Under the pieces are notes generated by a model. The model made no database searches. It was given only the letters and a program-made list of their open reading frames with translations, and was not told the DNA's origin. The position numbers and the translations under genes were made by a program. A DNA stretch of 64,000 bases from Halobacteroidaceae bacterium (lineage in GTDB: Bacteria; Bacillota; Halanaerobiia; B1SED10-174), in assembly GCA_003551665.1 (NCBI GenBank), contig PUNE01000013.1, positions 179,932-243,931 of the forward strand. The letters run 5' to 3'. Below, in pieces: positions 1 through 10,122 of this stretch; the stretch's first letter is position 1, and each line of letters starts with the position of its first letter.

Positions 1-784
1 CCATCAGGGCATATTCAAAGGAAATCCGCCTTCCGCTGGCGGAAAAATAGTTTCGGCAGGCTTTTAATAATTCATCCAGGGGATACTTTTTATTAACGGG
101 AACAAGCTTGCTCCGCAAATCATCTGTAGGAGCATGCAGAGAAATTGCAAGAACACACTGCAGTTCATGGGCGGCAAGTTTATTAATTTCAGGAATCAAC
201 CCACAGGTGGAAATAGTTATTCGCCTCTGCCCAATGTTCTGTCCCTTCGGATCTCCCAAAAGGTCTATAGCTTTTTTTACAGCTCCAAGATTGTCCAGGG
301 GTTCTCCCATTCCCATAAATACAACATTTCTTATAGAGCAACTGGTATTTTGGTAAATAACATGGACCTGGCCGACAATTTCTCCAGGAGTCAGGTTCCT
401 TTTCAAGCCCATTTTCCCCGTGGCACAAAACCTGCATTTAAAACGACACCCGACCTGGCTGGAAATACAGAGAGTGTAATGGTCAGGATGTTTTAATAAA
501 ACACTCTCAATCTTTTCTCCATCAGAAAGTTCAAGCAAAAACTTTTGCGTCCCATCTTCGCCCTGCCATATTCGTTCTATCCGGATTAGAGGAATGCATG
601 TCTTAAGAGCAAGTTGTTCTCTTAAAGTTCCAGGAAGAGTATGCATTTTTTCAAAATCGTCCTGACATCTGGCCTGAACCCAGTGAAAAACCTGTTCCCC
701 CCGAAAAGATGGTTCGCCCCAGTTTTTTACCAGCGTCACCATCTCTTCTTTTTTTAATCCCCTTAATTCCGGTTTTGCTTCCAT
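1..784 (-). CDS. rlmN: 23S rRNA (adenine2503-C2)-methyltransferase RlmN, radical SAM; C-terminal part runs off the window start
   Basis: Minus-strand translation from the ATG at 784..782 gives [35 protein letters not shown]...[20 protein letters not shown]. This is the radical-SAM CxxxCxxC motif preceded by the RlmN-typical SSQVGC. The gene is missing from the ORF track because it has no stop inside the window. Confidence 0.9.
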   Translation of the reverse strand, partial: MEAKPELRGLKKEEMVTLVKNWGEPSFRGEQVFHWVQARCQDDFEKMHTLPGTLREQLALKTCIPLIRIERIWQGEDGTQKFLLELSDGEKIESVLLKHPDHYTLCISSQVGCRFKCRFCATGKMGLKRNLTPGEIVGQVHVIYQNTSCSIRNVVFMGMGEPLDNLGAVKKAIDLLGDPKGQNIGQRRITISTCGLIPEINKLAAHELQCVLAISLHAPTDDLRSKLVPVNKKYPLDELLKACRNYFSASGRRISFEYALM

Positions 785-848
785 GGCCCACCTTCTATTT
801 TATCATATTAAAATTCGACAACCAAGGCCTCAGGTCCTCTGTTAAAGG

Positions 849-1514
849 TCATTTTAGGGTTCGCAGGAGAGCTGTATGAATGAAAAACCATCCTGGAGCA
901 GGAACCCCCTGAGGAGAACGGTTCTCCACACCCCTTATTACTATATCTCCGACCCGGGCCGAAGTTGTCAGCCATTTCTGGAAATATATACTCAGGGTTG
1001 GGCCCGCCAGGTTTGCAAGAAGAAGAGCAATTATTACGTACAGAAGGGAGAAAACTCCCATTCCAAAAAGAATAACCAGGAAAAGCAGGGAAGAAAATAA
1101 ATTAATTACCAGAATGGTGGTTCCGCAACGGGCATGGGTTGCAAGGTTCTCTTCCCCCTGTTGAAGTCTAAGCAGCCCCTCCCGTGCAGCCTCCTCCACT
1201 TCCAGGGGGCTGAACTGGGCTCTGATGAAAAAACCGTTCTCTCTGGCCAGGCCGGAATAAAAAAGACCCCGCCCAAACTTTTCTTCAAGGACATTTATTG
1301 TTGCGTGTTCCAGGGCATGATTCTTGCGAAGCTGCCTGTTGGTTGCTATCTGATAAATCTGCCCGGGAGCGTTAAAAAGGACAACAATAGAATTAAAAGC
1401 AAATTTAAAGGGGATAAAAACAAGCAAGAATAACCCCAGCATAAATAAAAGGGGAAGAAGCAGCGGGGGAAATATAATCAATAGTAACAGGAAAAAAAGG
1501 AACAAATAACCCAT
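849..1514 (-). CDS. Conserved hypothetical polytopic membrane protein with an ultra-hydrophobic N-terminus and HALEHAT / THARCGTT motifs; possibly a metal-binding hydrolase-like protein
   Basis: 221-aa ORF. The N-terminal 45 aa are almost entirely L/F/I/P. There is a central HxxEH-type motif (NHALEHATINVLEE) and a later THARCGTT motif. Family not recognised with certainty. Confidence 0.5.
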   Translation of the reverse strand: MGYLFLFFLLLLIIFPPLLLPLLFMLGLFLLVFIPFKFAFNSIVVLFNAPGQIYQIATNRQLRKNHALEHATINVLEEKFGRGLFYSGLARENGFFIRAQFSPLEVEEAAREGLLRLQQGEENLATHARCGTTILVINLFSSLLFLVILFGMGVFSLLYVIIALLLANLAGPTLSIYFQKWLTTSARVGDIVIRGVENRSPQGVPAPGWFFIHTALLRTLK

Positions 1515-1516
1515 TT

Positions 1517-2203
1517 TTACCTCCGGGAACCGGCCAGAAGAAGGAACATACGGAGCAGATGGGCAATTGCAACTGCAGTTGCAGCAACATAGGTTAGAGC
1601 AGCAGCGTCAAGAACTTTCTTGACCTGTTCCATCTCATTCGAAGCCAGGATATTTTTGTGTTCCAGAACCTGTAAAGCCCGGTTGCTAGCATTAAATTCA
1701 ACCGGAAGTGTCGCAATCTGAAAAAGGACTGCTCCAGAAAAGAAAATGATCCCTGCAATTATCAGGGCTTCTGAAGCAAACAGGAAGCCAATAAAAGCAA
1801 GAGGGATACCCAACCGGGAACCAATATTCGCTGCAGGAAAAATCAGGTTCCTGATGCCCAATGGGGCATAACCATTCAGGTCCTGCAGCGCATGGGCTGC
1901 TTCATGGGCTGCAACCCCCAAAGCGGCAAGTGAATTACTTCTATAAACTTCGGGAGAAAGGCGGATTGTCTTCTTCCGGGGATCATAGTGATCTGTCAGC
2001 TGTCCTTCTCCTCTTTCTATTTTTATTTTCCGACCCTCCGGGCCAAGTACCTCCCTTGCCATCTGCTCACCTGTATAGGAAGTCCGGGAAGGAACCTTTA
2101 AATACTTATTAAAGGTGGATTTAACTTTAAATTGCGCGTAAAAAGCGAGAATTATTGCCGGAATAAGCACAACAATTGATCCATCAAATATGGGAAAATA
2201 CAT
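1517..2203 (-). CDS. yugP: YugP-family membrane zinc metallopeptidase (Zn_peptidase_2)
   Basis: HEAAHAL HExxH motif, N-terminal TM, LTDHYDPRKKTIRLS. Closely collinear with B. subtilis YugP. Confidence 0.8.
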   Translation of the reverse strand: MYFPIFDGSIVVLIPAIILAFYAQFKVKSTFNKYLKVPSRTSYTGEQMAREVLGPEGRKIKIERGEGQLTDHYDPRKKTIRLSPEVYRSNSLAALGVAAHEAAHALQDLNGYAPLGIRNLIFPAANIGSRLGIPLAFIGFLFASEALIIAGIIFFSGAVLFQIATLPVEFNASNRALQVLEHKNILASNEMEQVKKVLDAAALTYVAATAVAIAHLLRMFLLLAGSRR

Positions 2204-2964
2204 TACCCCACCTCCTTACACAAACTTTTAATAGCTCTTTCGAGTTCAGTCCAGTCAACTTCGGTGTTAAAACAGGGCCCCTGAGGCCGAATATTAACCA
2301 CCCCCAGCACGGGGTGGGGAAAAACTTCCTGGATCCCACTCATTAAATCTCGTTCACAGGCAACTGCAATGATGGCCTTTGGTTTGATCTTTTTTACCAT
2401 CTGCCTTGCAGCCGTTCCCCCGGTTACTACTTCAAGGCGAAAGCCTATGTCTTTACGGATTTCAGATAGGTTGCCTATCTGGCATTTTCCACATTTTCGA
2501 CAGTTATTTAAATCGTGAGTTACCCGGTGTGGACAATTTGCTTCCTGTATACAGTGGGGAGCAAGAACCAGAATATCTTTAGACCAAAACCGCTGATCCT
2601 GGTTTTTTACCAGGCTGTTAGTCAAATTGATATAGTTGCTTTGCAACTTCTCCCGGGAAAACCCCAGAGCTTCACCAGCTCGCACCACAAAACCGAAGAA
2701 ATAGTTAACCGTTAGTGCCATGGGGAGCTGGAAAATAACTGGTAGCTTGTTTTTCCGAAGCACAAACCAGATGCCAGTTAAGCCAGTTATCAAGATGAGG
2801 AAAAGTGTTGTTAAAAACAGGCTTAAAACCAGAAAGAAAATATTAATAAAAACTGAGGTCCCAAAGATATTATAAAACCATAGAAACCCCAGAATCAGAG
2901 TGAACCCCAAAAAAACCACTAAGACCAAAAACCAAAAGGAAAAGTAATTCTGTTTTTCAGGCAT
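2203..2964 (-). CDS. DUF116-family membrane protein (conserved Cys-rich C-terminal domain)
   Basis: Polytopic N-terminus plus a C-terminal CxxH...CxxCxxC region (APHCIQEANCPHRVTHDLNNCRKCGKC), typical of DUF116 found next to fmt in Firmicutes. The start was trimmed to ATG 2964..2962, which overlaps the fmt stop (ATGCCTGA). Confidence 0.7.
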   Translation of the reverse strand: MPEKQNYFSFWFLVLVVFLGFTLILGFLWFYNIFGTSVFINIFFLVLSLFLTTLFLILITGLTGIWFVLRKNKLPVIFQLPMALTVNYFFGFVVRAGEALGFSREKLQSNYINLTNSLVKNQDQRFWSKDILVLAPHCIQEANCPHRVTHDLNNCRKCGKCQIGNLSEIRKDIGFRLEVVTGGTAARQMVKKIKPKAIIAVACERDLMSGIQEVFPHPVLGVVNIRPQGPCFNTEVDWTELERAIKSLCKEVG

Positions 2965-3907
2965 TGATCTCGCCTTCTTTCCCAAAACTGCTTCCATCCT
3001 CCAGGGGAAATCCCCGCAAAAATTCAACCACTGCCAATTGCTTTTTCCCGGGGCGTTGCAACTTGAGAATTTCAAGGGAACCATTTCCAGTCTGAACAAA
3101 AACCCTTTCCGGCCCAACCTTAATCTGGCCGGGTTTTAAACAATGAAACCCTTCAACTTTTCTGCTTTCCCAGATTTTCCACTCTTCCCCTTGGTAATAT
3201 GTCCTGGCTACTGGAAATGGATTCAGTGCTCTGACCTGTCTTTCCAATAATTCACTGTCCTTTTCCCAGTCAAGGTACATTTCCTCGTTCTTTAATTTTG
3301 GAGCATGACTTGAAGGTCCCTTTTGCTCCCTCGGTTTTATATTTCCTGCCGCTAAAAGCTTAAGACTTTGAACCAGGAGCGGAGCTCCCTCCTTTGCCAT
3401 TCGGTCATGGAGAGTTCCCAGTGTCTCCCCGGAGGTGATTGTTAGTTTTTTTTGCATTAAAATCGGTCCCGTGTCCCATCCCTCATCCATCAGCATTGTT
3501 GATAGCCCACTTTCGCAATCTCCATTTAAAATGGCTCTCTGGATGGGATTGGGGCCCCGGTACCTGGGAAGCAGAGAAGCATGAAGGTTGACTGCCCCTT
3601 TATCCGGCAGGTGTAAAAGTTCGCTCCCTATTTTCTGGCCAAAGGCAACAACGACCAGAAAGTCAGGTTTGTTCCGGGCAATAAAATTCAGGTTTTCACT
3701 GCTGTTAATATCCCTGACTTCTTTCAGAGGAAGGCCCAATTTCTGGGCTGCTTGAGCAACTGGAGTAGGGCGGATTTTTTGTCCCCTTCCACTGGGCCGG
3801 GAAGGCTGGGAAAAAACTCCTACAGCATCAATATCATTTTCCCTGGCTAAAGCCTCCAGGGAAGGCACTGCAAAATCAGGCGTCCCGGCAAAAAATACTT
3901 TCATCAA
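2957..3907 (-). CDS. fmt: Methionyl-tRNA formyltransferase
   Basis: MKVFFAGTPDFAVPSLEAL..., formyl-transferase N- and C-domains; located downstream of def. Confidence 0.93.
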   Translation of the reverse strand: MMKVFFAGTPDFAVPSLEALARENDIDAVGVFSQPSRPSGRGQKIRPTPVAQAAQKLGLPLKEVRDINSSENLNFIARNKPDFLVVVAFGQKIGSELLHLPDKGAVNLHASLLPRYRGPNPIQRAILNGDCESGLSTMLMDEGWDTGPILMQKKLTITSGETLGTLHDRMAKEGAPLLVQSLKLLAAGNIKPREQKGPSSHAPKLKNEEMYLDWEKDSELLERQVRALNPFPVARTYYQGEEWKIWESRKVEGFHCLKPGQIKVGPERVFVQTGNGSLEILKLQRPGKKQLAVVEFLRGFPLEDGSSFGKEGEINA

Positions 3908-4368
3908 TCTTCTATCTCCTTTTTGGGAAGAGGGCGGCCTCTCTGAACAATTAATTTACCCTGCAGGTGGTCTATTTCGTGCTGAAGAACCCGGGCAGAA
4001 AAACCAGAAAATTCTTTTTCAACCTTTTCTCCCCGGCGGTTTAGTCCTCTAACCTTAATCCAGGTTGCCCGTTTGATAGCTCTTTCTTCTCCTGGAACGC
4101 TCAGGCATCCTTCCGCACCCTCTTCTTCTTCACCCTCCTCAATTATCTCAGGGTTAAGCAATACCTGCAGGCCTTCTCCAACATCATATACCACTACCTT
4201 CTTATTTACTCCAATCTGGGGGGCAGCAAGACCAACACCGGGTGCATCGTACATTGTATCTGCCATGTCTTGAATCAACCTTTCCAGGCTTTCATCAATT
4301 GTTTTCACCGGGCTGCATTTACTTTTTAATACCGGATCTCCCATTTTTCTTATTGGACGAATGGCCAA
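3904..4368 (-). CDS. def: Peptide deformylase
   Basis: GVGLAAPQIG, EGCLSVPG and QHEIDHLQG motifs. Confidence 0.93.
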   Translation of the reverse strand: MAIRPIRKMGDPVLKSKCSPVKTIDESLERLIQDMADTMYDAPGVGLAAPQIGVNKKVVVYDVGEGLQVLLNPEIIEEGEEEEGAEGCLSVPGEERAIKRATWIKVRGLNRRGEKVEKEFSGFSARVLQHEIDHLQGKLIVQRGRPLPKKEIED

Positions 4369-4396
4369 TTGTTACACACCTCGCAATTCTAGATAA

Positions 4397-6577
4397 TTAT
4401 AACATTCCTTTTGGATTTAATTCAAGGTTAACCCCTATTCCGCCGCGGATTAATTCCCTTATTGTGGGGCGTGTTTTTCTGACAATTCGACCAATAACCC
4501 CCCTGTTGGGGCCCCTGCAGGATACCTGCCAGAAGTACTTTCCTTTCTCCTGGCGGATGTAAGCAGGAACCGGACCCATCATTTCAATATCACCTTCCCT
4601 TGCCAGCATTGCCACCATTCTTGCCAGCCTCCTTGCATTATGGGCCACTTTTTTCTCCGGGTGCCCCGAAAGAATGAAAACAAGGTAATGCCCTACTGGA
4701 GGATAGTTGAATTCCTTCCTGAAACGAAGTTCTTTTTCCATAAACTCCTTCCATTCATTTCCAGCTGCTAGTTGCAGGGTAGAACTTTCCGGGTTATAGG
4801 TCTGCACCAGCAGGTTACCGTTTTTAACCCGACGGGAACTGGCATTGACCAGGTGAAAAAGTTCTTCCTGACTATCAAAAAAGGGAAGATTGAGATGAGT
4901 ATCAGCCATTACCATTACTCCATGATCAAAAACCGGGAAGAAATCTTTTAAGATTAACCGGGTTCCAATAACTATCTGGTATTTCCCTTCCTGTATATCC
5001 GAAGAAATCTGGAAAAAATCGGCGGGTGTTTTTACCCGGTCAGAATCCAGAATTACCTGTTGGATATCAGGAAATAATTTTTCTATTTCTTCCGCTACTC
5101 TTTCTGTCCCAACCCCTAGGCCCCTGATATATTTGCTTTCACATCTCGGGCAGGTTTGCTCAGGTTTTTGTTTCTTTTTGCAGTTATGGCAAGTTAACAG
5201 GTTGCTTTCTTTGTGCAGAGTCATGGTCCGCCCACAATTCTGACAGCGGTAAACGTAACCACAACTCCGACAGAGAATAAAGGGCGCGTAACCCCTGCGG
5301 TTAACATAAAAGAAAACTCTATTTCCTACATCTCTTTTTAACTCAGAGAGGGTGGATTTGACTTCTTCACTAAAAATACTGATATTCCCTTTGGTAAATT
5401 CTTCCCTCATATCCACCAGTTTTACAACAGGTTTATTTTTACCAGTTCCCGGGCTTTCCTTTAAGGAAAATTCTTTTTTCTGGCAGGCATAAAAGGAATT
5501 GATGGAAGGACTGGAAGAGGACAAAACCAGTTTCCCTCCCTCCAGCCGGATCCTTTCCTCTGCAACTTCTGATGTAATATAGCGAGGATTTTCTTGTTGC
5601 CTGAAAGCGTCATCTTCTTCTTGGTGGAGGATGAGCAGTCCTAAATCTCTGATCGGAGCAAAAACTGCTGACCGGGTTCCCACAAGTACCCTCGGTTTGT
5701 CCTCTCTGCACTTCCACCACTGGTGGTAACGCTCCTGTGGAGAAAGGTCGCTGTGTAAAACCACCGTTTCCTCGGGAAAATACTTTAAAAGCATCCTGGC
5801 AACCAAATCGGCCTGGCCCGATTCCGGCACCAGGATAATAACACTCTTTTTCCGGGAAAGAAAGCTCTCAACCAGGGAAAAGTAAAAAGGATAGATATTT
5901 TCTCCCGGGTCAAAGCGATAAACAATTTTACCTGCTGAATTTTGTTCTCCTTCTGCTAAATGCAATTTTGAAAAACCAGTTGACATAGCTTTTCCGGGAC
6001 GGGGAGCAAGAGGATCCTTTGAAGAGATTTCTTTTTTGACTTCAATTAAACCCTTCTTTTCCATTGCCTTAATTGTCGAAGAACTGGTAGAAACTTCTTT
6101 CATAATTTCTCTTTTGCTGGGGGTATGACTAACTGATAATAAATATTCCCAAACCTCTTTTTGCTTTTTTGCCTGCCCCCAGTTAAGAGGGCTTTCCTTT
6201 TTTAAAGCATAAACCCGGGGTGCTTTTGGGACCTCCTCCCGGGTTATTTCTGGCGGAACAACTGCCTCCAGGGCTGTAATGTGAAAACAAAAATAATTAT
6301 CTACAAGCCATTGCACAAGTTTTAGTTGAACTGAATTGAGCAAAGGTTTCCCCAAAACCCGGGAAAGTGGCTTTATTTTTCCAATATCGCTTTTCGTTTT
6401 TAGCCTCCAGACAAATCCGCTTCTTACTCCGTGGCCAAAGGGAATCTGGACCTTGCAACCAGTTTCTATTTTTTCCCGCAGCTCCGGAGGAACCGAATAA
6501 TCGAAAACCCGGTCCACATCACCGTGGGAAATATCTATTATTACTTCGGCCACCATGGGATCCATTTTAGATTTCAC
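4397..6577 (-). CDS. priA: Primosomal protein N' (replication restart helicase PriA)
   Basis: 726 aa with a DEAD-like helicase core. The zinc-binding region is [46 protein letters not shown]. Confidence 0.92.
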   Translation of the reverse strand: MKSKMDPMVAEVIIDISHGDVDRVFDYSVPPELREKIETGCKVQIPFGHGVRSGFVWRLKTKSDIGKIKPLSRVLGKPLLNSVQLKLVQWLVDNYFCFHITALEAVVPPEITREEVPKAPRVYALKKESPLNWGQAKKQKEVWEYLLSVSHTPSKREIMKEVSTSSSTIKAMEKKGLIEVKKEISSKDPLAPRPGKAMSTGFSKLHLAEGEQNSAGKIVYRFDPGENIYPFYFSLVESFLSRKKSVIILVPESGQADLVARMLLKYFPEETVVLHSDLSPQERYHQWWKCREDKPRVLVGTRSAVFAPIRDLGLLILHQEEDDAFRQQENPRYITSEVAEERIRLEGGKLVLSSSSPSINSFYACQKKEFSLKESPGTGKNKPVVKLVDMREEFTKGNISIFSEEVKSTLSELKRDVGNRVFFYVNRRGYAPFILCRSCGYVYRCQNCGRTMTLHKESNLLTCHNCKKKQKPEQTCPRCESKYIRGLGVGTERVAEEIEKLFPDIQQVILDSDRVKTPADFFQISSDIQEGKYQIVIGTRLILKDFFPVFDHGVMVMADTHLNLPFFDSQEELFHLVNASSRRVKNGNLLVQTYNPESSTLQLAAGNEWKEFMEKELRFRKEFNYPPVGHYLVFILSGHPEKKVAHNARRLARMVAMLAREGDIEMMGPVPAYIRQEKGKYFWQVSCRGPNRGVIGRIVRKTRPTIRELIRGGIGVNLELNPKGML

Positions 6578-7748
6578 GACCTCCCTGTTCCCTTAGCTCA
6601 TCTGCCCGGTCTGTTTTCTCCCAGGGCAAATCAAGATCTTCTCTACCCATATGTCCGTAAGTCGCAACCTTGCGGTAAAGGGGGCGAAGCAAATCCAGGT
6701 CTTTAATTATCCTTCCGGGGCGGAGATCAAAGTTATCCCTTATCAGGTTTTCCAGTTGCCGGTCGCTCAATTTGCCCGTTCCAAAAGAATTGACCAGAAT
6801 GGAGACCGGTCGGGCAACACCGATAGCATAGGCTACTTGAACCTCGCACTTTTTTGCCAGGCCAGCAGCAACAATATTTTTGGCAACATATCGGGCAGCA
6901 TAGGAACCCGATCGGTCAACCTTGGTGGGGTCCTTACCTGAAAAAGCTCCCCCTCCGTGCCGGGAATAACCACCATAGGTATCCACAATAATTTTTCTTC
7001 CCGTAAGACCCGAATCTCCAAGAGGGCCACCTATTACAAAACGCCCTGTGGGGTTAACATAATAAAGAATTTTTTCATCTTTTAAATCATCGGGAATAAT
7101 GGGCTCCACAACTTTTTCAATTATATCCCGATGTAGTTGTTCATTTTCAACCTTGGGATGATGCTGGGCAGACACAACTACAGTATGAACTCTTTTTGCC
7201 CCGTGAGGACCATACTCAATGGTCACCTGGGTTTTTCCATCAGGCCGGAGATAGGGAAGAACACCATTTTTTCTGACCCAGGCCAGCCGACGGGCCAGTT
7301 TATGGCTGAGCATTATTGGAAGAGGCATTAATTCGGGAGTTTCGTCACAGGCAAAACCAAACATTAAGCCCTGGTCCCCTGCTCCAAACTCGTGGTCTTC
7401 TCCATTCTGGGCTCGATCAACTCCCTGGGCAATATCAGCGGATTGTTCATCTATGGAAGTCAAGACAGCACAGGTATCACAATCAAATCCATATTTTGCC
7501 CTTGTATAACCAATTTCTCTTACTGTTTCCCGGGCAACCCGGGGGATATCAACATAGCAGGAAGTTGTTATTTCTCCTGCCACAAGGATAAGGCCGGTAT
7601 TTACAAGAGTTTCGCATGCCACCCGGGCCATTTTGTCCTGCTTGATAATTTCGTCAAGTATTGCATCGCTGATCTGGTCAGCAACCTTATCAGGGTGGCC
7701 CTCGGTAACTGATTCCGAGGTGAACAGAAATTTTTCGTTGGCCGTCAT
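6567..7748 (-). CDS. metK: S-adenosylmethionine synthetase
   Basis: [39 protein letters not shown]; 393 aa. Confidence 0.95.
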   Translation of the reverse strand: MTANEKFLFTSESVTEGHPDKVADQISDAILDEIIKQDKMARVACETLVNTGLILVAGEITTSCYVDIPRVARETVREIGYTRAKYGFDCDTCAVLTSIDEQSADIAQGVDRAQNGEDHEFGAGDQGLMFGFACDETPELMPLPIMLSHKLARRLAWVRKNGVLPYLRPDGKTQVTIEYGPHGAKRVHTVVVSAQHHPKVENEQLHRDIIEKVVEPIIPDDLKDEKILYYVNPTGRFVIGGPLGDSGLTGRKIIVDTYGGYSRHGGGAFSGKDPTKVDRSGSYAARYVAKNIVAAGLAKKCEVQVAYAIGVARPVSILVNSFGTGKLSDRQLENLIRDNFDLRPGRIIKDLDLLRPLYRKVATYGHMGREDLDLPWEKTDRADELREQGGREI

Positions 7749-8450
7749 CTAATCACCCACCTCATTAAATTTTACCTCAATCCGGTCCGTTAAACTAATT
7801 CTGGGGACATTAATTTCACATTTATAGGCAAGGACCATAACACCTGATTGAACAGCTTTTTCCACTTTTTCCCCGAAAACAGGATCCATTGAATAGTGGG
7901 GAGAAAAGGCCTCGCCGTCTTCCCTTTGAACAGAAAAAAATAAAACTCCTCTCGCCCCCTCCTCCTGGGCTTTGATCAATTCGTCAATGTGTCGGGATCC
8001 CCTTGTGGTTGGAGCATCGGGGAAAAGAGCAAGACCATTTTTTACAAGATTAACCGATTTTACCTCAACAAGAATGGGGCCATTGGAAGAACAAAGTTGA
8101 AAATCAAGCCTGCTTTTCCCAAAATTAACCTCTCTTTTTTCAATTTCAGTTCCCCGGAGTTCAACCACCTTTTCTTTCTCCAGGGCTTCCATAAAAAGGG
8201 AGTTTGAAAGCCGAGAATCTATTGCAACAAGGCTTTGGGGGGCTCGGACAAGGACAAGGTCCCAGATTGTTTTCCTCTTTCTGGCAGAAGATGAATTCAA
8301 ATAAACCCTTGCTCCGGGCTGCATCAGTTCTTCGAGTCGCCCGGTATTGGGAACATGAGCAAGGTGGGTCTGCCCTCTCACCCTTACTTTAGCCGAAAAC
8401 CTGGTTACTCTCTCCATTAAAATTGCCGGCACCAAATTTTTATATTCCAT
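7749..8450 (-). CDS. sfsA: Sugar fermentation stimulation protein SfsA-family (OB-fold + nuclease-like domain)
   Basis: RVTRFSAKVRVRGQTHLAHVPNTGRLEEL matches the SfsA N-terminus; 233 aa. Confidence 0.8.
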   Translation of the reverse strand: MEYKNLVPAILMERVTRFSAKVRVRGQTHLAHVPNTGRLEELMQPGARVYLNSSSARKRKTIWDLVLVRAPQSLVAIDSRLSNSLFMEALEKEKVVELRGTEIEKREVNFGKSRLDFQLCSSNGPILVEVKSVNLVKNGLALFPDAPTTRGSRHIDELIKAQEEGARGVLFFSVQREDGEAFSPHYSMDPVFGEKVEKAVQSGVMVLAYKCEINVPRISLTDRIEVKFNEVGD

Positions 8451-8721
8451 CTTTTTTACCTCGGGTTCTCAGGGATTTTTGGGGTTGTTGATTGCCACAA
8501 AAAAAACAAAACTTGCAAACTAAACAGACACTATGCATTTAATTCTTTTTTTTACTCCAATTTCCCGCTAAATCAGACAAAAAACTTACAAATCTTTTTA
8601 GGTGGCCTGAAAAAGGGGGAAAACCCCAGCACCAACCATGGTGAGTGAAGCAGTGAAAAACTTTCCCTTGAGTGGATTGTAAAGAGTAATCCCGATTAAC
8701 CTTTCCAGAGCCTATAGTTAT

Positions 8722-8748
8722 ATTATACAAGGGGAATTGTCCTGTCAA
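8722..8748 (-). promoter_or_regulatory. Near-consensus sigma-A-type promoter (TTGACA-N15-TATAAT with TG immediately upstream of the -10) directing minus-strand transcription into a ~260-nt leader upstream of sfsA
   Basis: Plus tgtcaa at 8743..8748 is TTGACA on minus. Plus attata at 8722..8727 is TATAAT on minus. The spacer is GGACAATTCCCCTTG. It sits just downstream of the gdh terminator. Confidence 0.6.
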
Positions 8749-8751
8749 CTA

Positions 8752-8786
8752 AAAAAGGGCCTTGATCTGAAACCAAGGCCCTTTGT
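8752..8786 (-). terminator. Rho-independent terminator downstream of gdh
   Basis: Minus strand: AAAGGGCCTTGGTTTCAGATCAAGGCCCTTTTTT (GC stem and T run), immediately after the gdh stop. Confidence 0.8.
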
Positions 8787-8791
8787 TTTGT

Positions 8792-10039
8792 TTATACCCA
8801 GCCGCGAACTCGCATTGCTTCATCCAGTCTCTTAATTGCCACCATGTATGCCGTAATCCTCATGTTGACATCGTTTTCCAGGTAGGAGTTGTATACATTC
8901 TTGAAGGCCTTGACCATAATCTTTTCCAGCTTTTCTTTTACTTCGTCTGCTGTCCAGTAGAAGTTCATCAGGTTCTGAACCCATTCAAAGTAGGATACAG
9001 TTACTCCACCCGCGTTGGCTAAGATATCCGGAAGAACCAGAACTCCATTTTTATCCAGAATTTCGTCTGCTTTCGGGGTTGTTGGGCCATTAGCAGCTTC
9101 TCCGATAATTTTGGCCTTTATGTTTTCAGCGTTTTTAGAAGTAATAACGTTTTCCAGGGCAGCAGGGATCAGGATATCACATTCGAGTTCCAGAAGATCC
9201 TTATTGGAGATTTCATTGCATCCGGGGAAACCCTTTACTGAACCGACTCGGTCCTTGTGTTCCTTAAGCTCAATTGGATCAAAGCCGTCGGGATTATAGA
9301 CCCCACCGGAGGAGTCGTTGGCAGCAATGATTTTTGCTCCCAGATCCTGCAAAAGGCGGGCTGCAGCACTACCTGCATTTCCATAGCCCTGAATAACAAC
9401 TGTGGCTCCGTTAAGATCAAGGCCCGTGGCTTTTGCAGCTTCGCGGACAACAATGACGCAACCCCTTGCAGTTGCTTCTTCCCGGCCCTCAGAACCACCA
9501 AGAATAATTGGCTTTCCAGTTAAGAGGCCAGGCACGTTAACTCCTTTAAGCTGGCTGAATTCATCCATCATCCAGGCCATTATCTGGGGATTGGTATAAA
9601 CATCAGGAGCAGGAATATCCCTGTCGGGCCCAACAATGGGGGCCAGGGCTCGGATGAAATTACGGGAAAGTCTTTCAATTTCCCTGCGGGAAAGTTCTTT
9701 GGGGTTAACCTGAACCCCTCCTTTTCCTCCACCATAAGGAATGCCGACAAGGGAACACTTAAAGGTCATCCAGGCTGCGAGAGCTTTTGTTTCATCCATT
9801 GCCACGTCAGGATGGAAACGAAGCCCACCTTTGGTAGGTCCAAGAGCATCATTATGCTGGCAACGGTACCCAATAAAAACTTTTACCGAGCCATCGTCCA
9901 TCCGAACGGGAACCGAACAGGTGAAAACCCGCATAGGTTCTTTCAATAAATCATGAACTCCTGGATCCAGATCCAGCTCTCGAGCTGCAACTGCCAACTG
10001 CTGTTGAACAATTTCATAAACATTCAGGTTTTCTTCCAT
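8792..10039 (-). CDS. gdh: Glutamate dehydrogenase (Glu/Leu/Phe/Val dehydrogenase family)
   Basis: GPTKGGLRFHPDV...IPYGGGKGGV active-site signature; Rossmann GYGNAGS; 415 aa. Confidence 0.9.
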   Translation of the reverse strand: MEENLNVYEIVQQQLAVAARELDLDPGVHDLLKEPMRVFTCSVPVRMDDGSVKVFIGYRCQHNDALGPTKGGLRFHPDVAMDETKALAAWMTFKCSLVGIPYGGGKGGVQVNPKELSRREIERLSRNFIRALAPIVGPDRDIPAPDVYTNPQIMAWMMDEFSQLKGVNVPGLLTGKPIILGGSEGREEATARGCVIVVREAAKATGLDLNGATVVIQGYGNAGSAAARLLQDLGAKIIAANDSSGGVYNPDGFDPIELKEHKDRVGSVKGFPGCNEISNKDLLELECDILIPAALENVITSKNAENIKAKIIGEAANGPTTPKADEILDKNGVLVLPDILANAGGVTVSYFEWVQNLMNFYWTADEVKEKLEKIMVKAFKNVYNSYLENDVNMRITAYMVAIKRLDEAMRVRGWV

Positions 10040-10122
10040 TAATTAAATTCACCTCTTCTTTAATTAGTTACTAAAATTCCTCGGGAGTTAATTTTTAAAA
10101 AACTCCATTAATACCTCCTTTC

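Noticed and set aside
8451-8715. SAM-I (S-box) riboswitch in the sfsA-metK leader
   Set aside because: The conserved S-box core elements (UGGCCC, GCAACC, GGUGCUAAUUCC kink-turn/pseudoknot segments) are not present by eye. It is kept only as an unknown structured leader pending a covariance-model scan.
8539-8748. 69-aa minus-strand ORF in the gdh-sfsA intergenic region
   Set aside because: Its start codon lies inside the -35 element of the candidate promoter. There is no RBS and no conserved features. More likely non-coding leader sequence.
10055-10080. Hairpin GGAGTT...AACTCC between mmdB and gdh as a strong terminator
   Set aside because: The stem is short and AT-rich and is followed by only a weak U-tract. 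It was treated as at most a partial attenuator, and gdh is considered likely co-transcribed with the upstream cluster.
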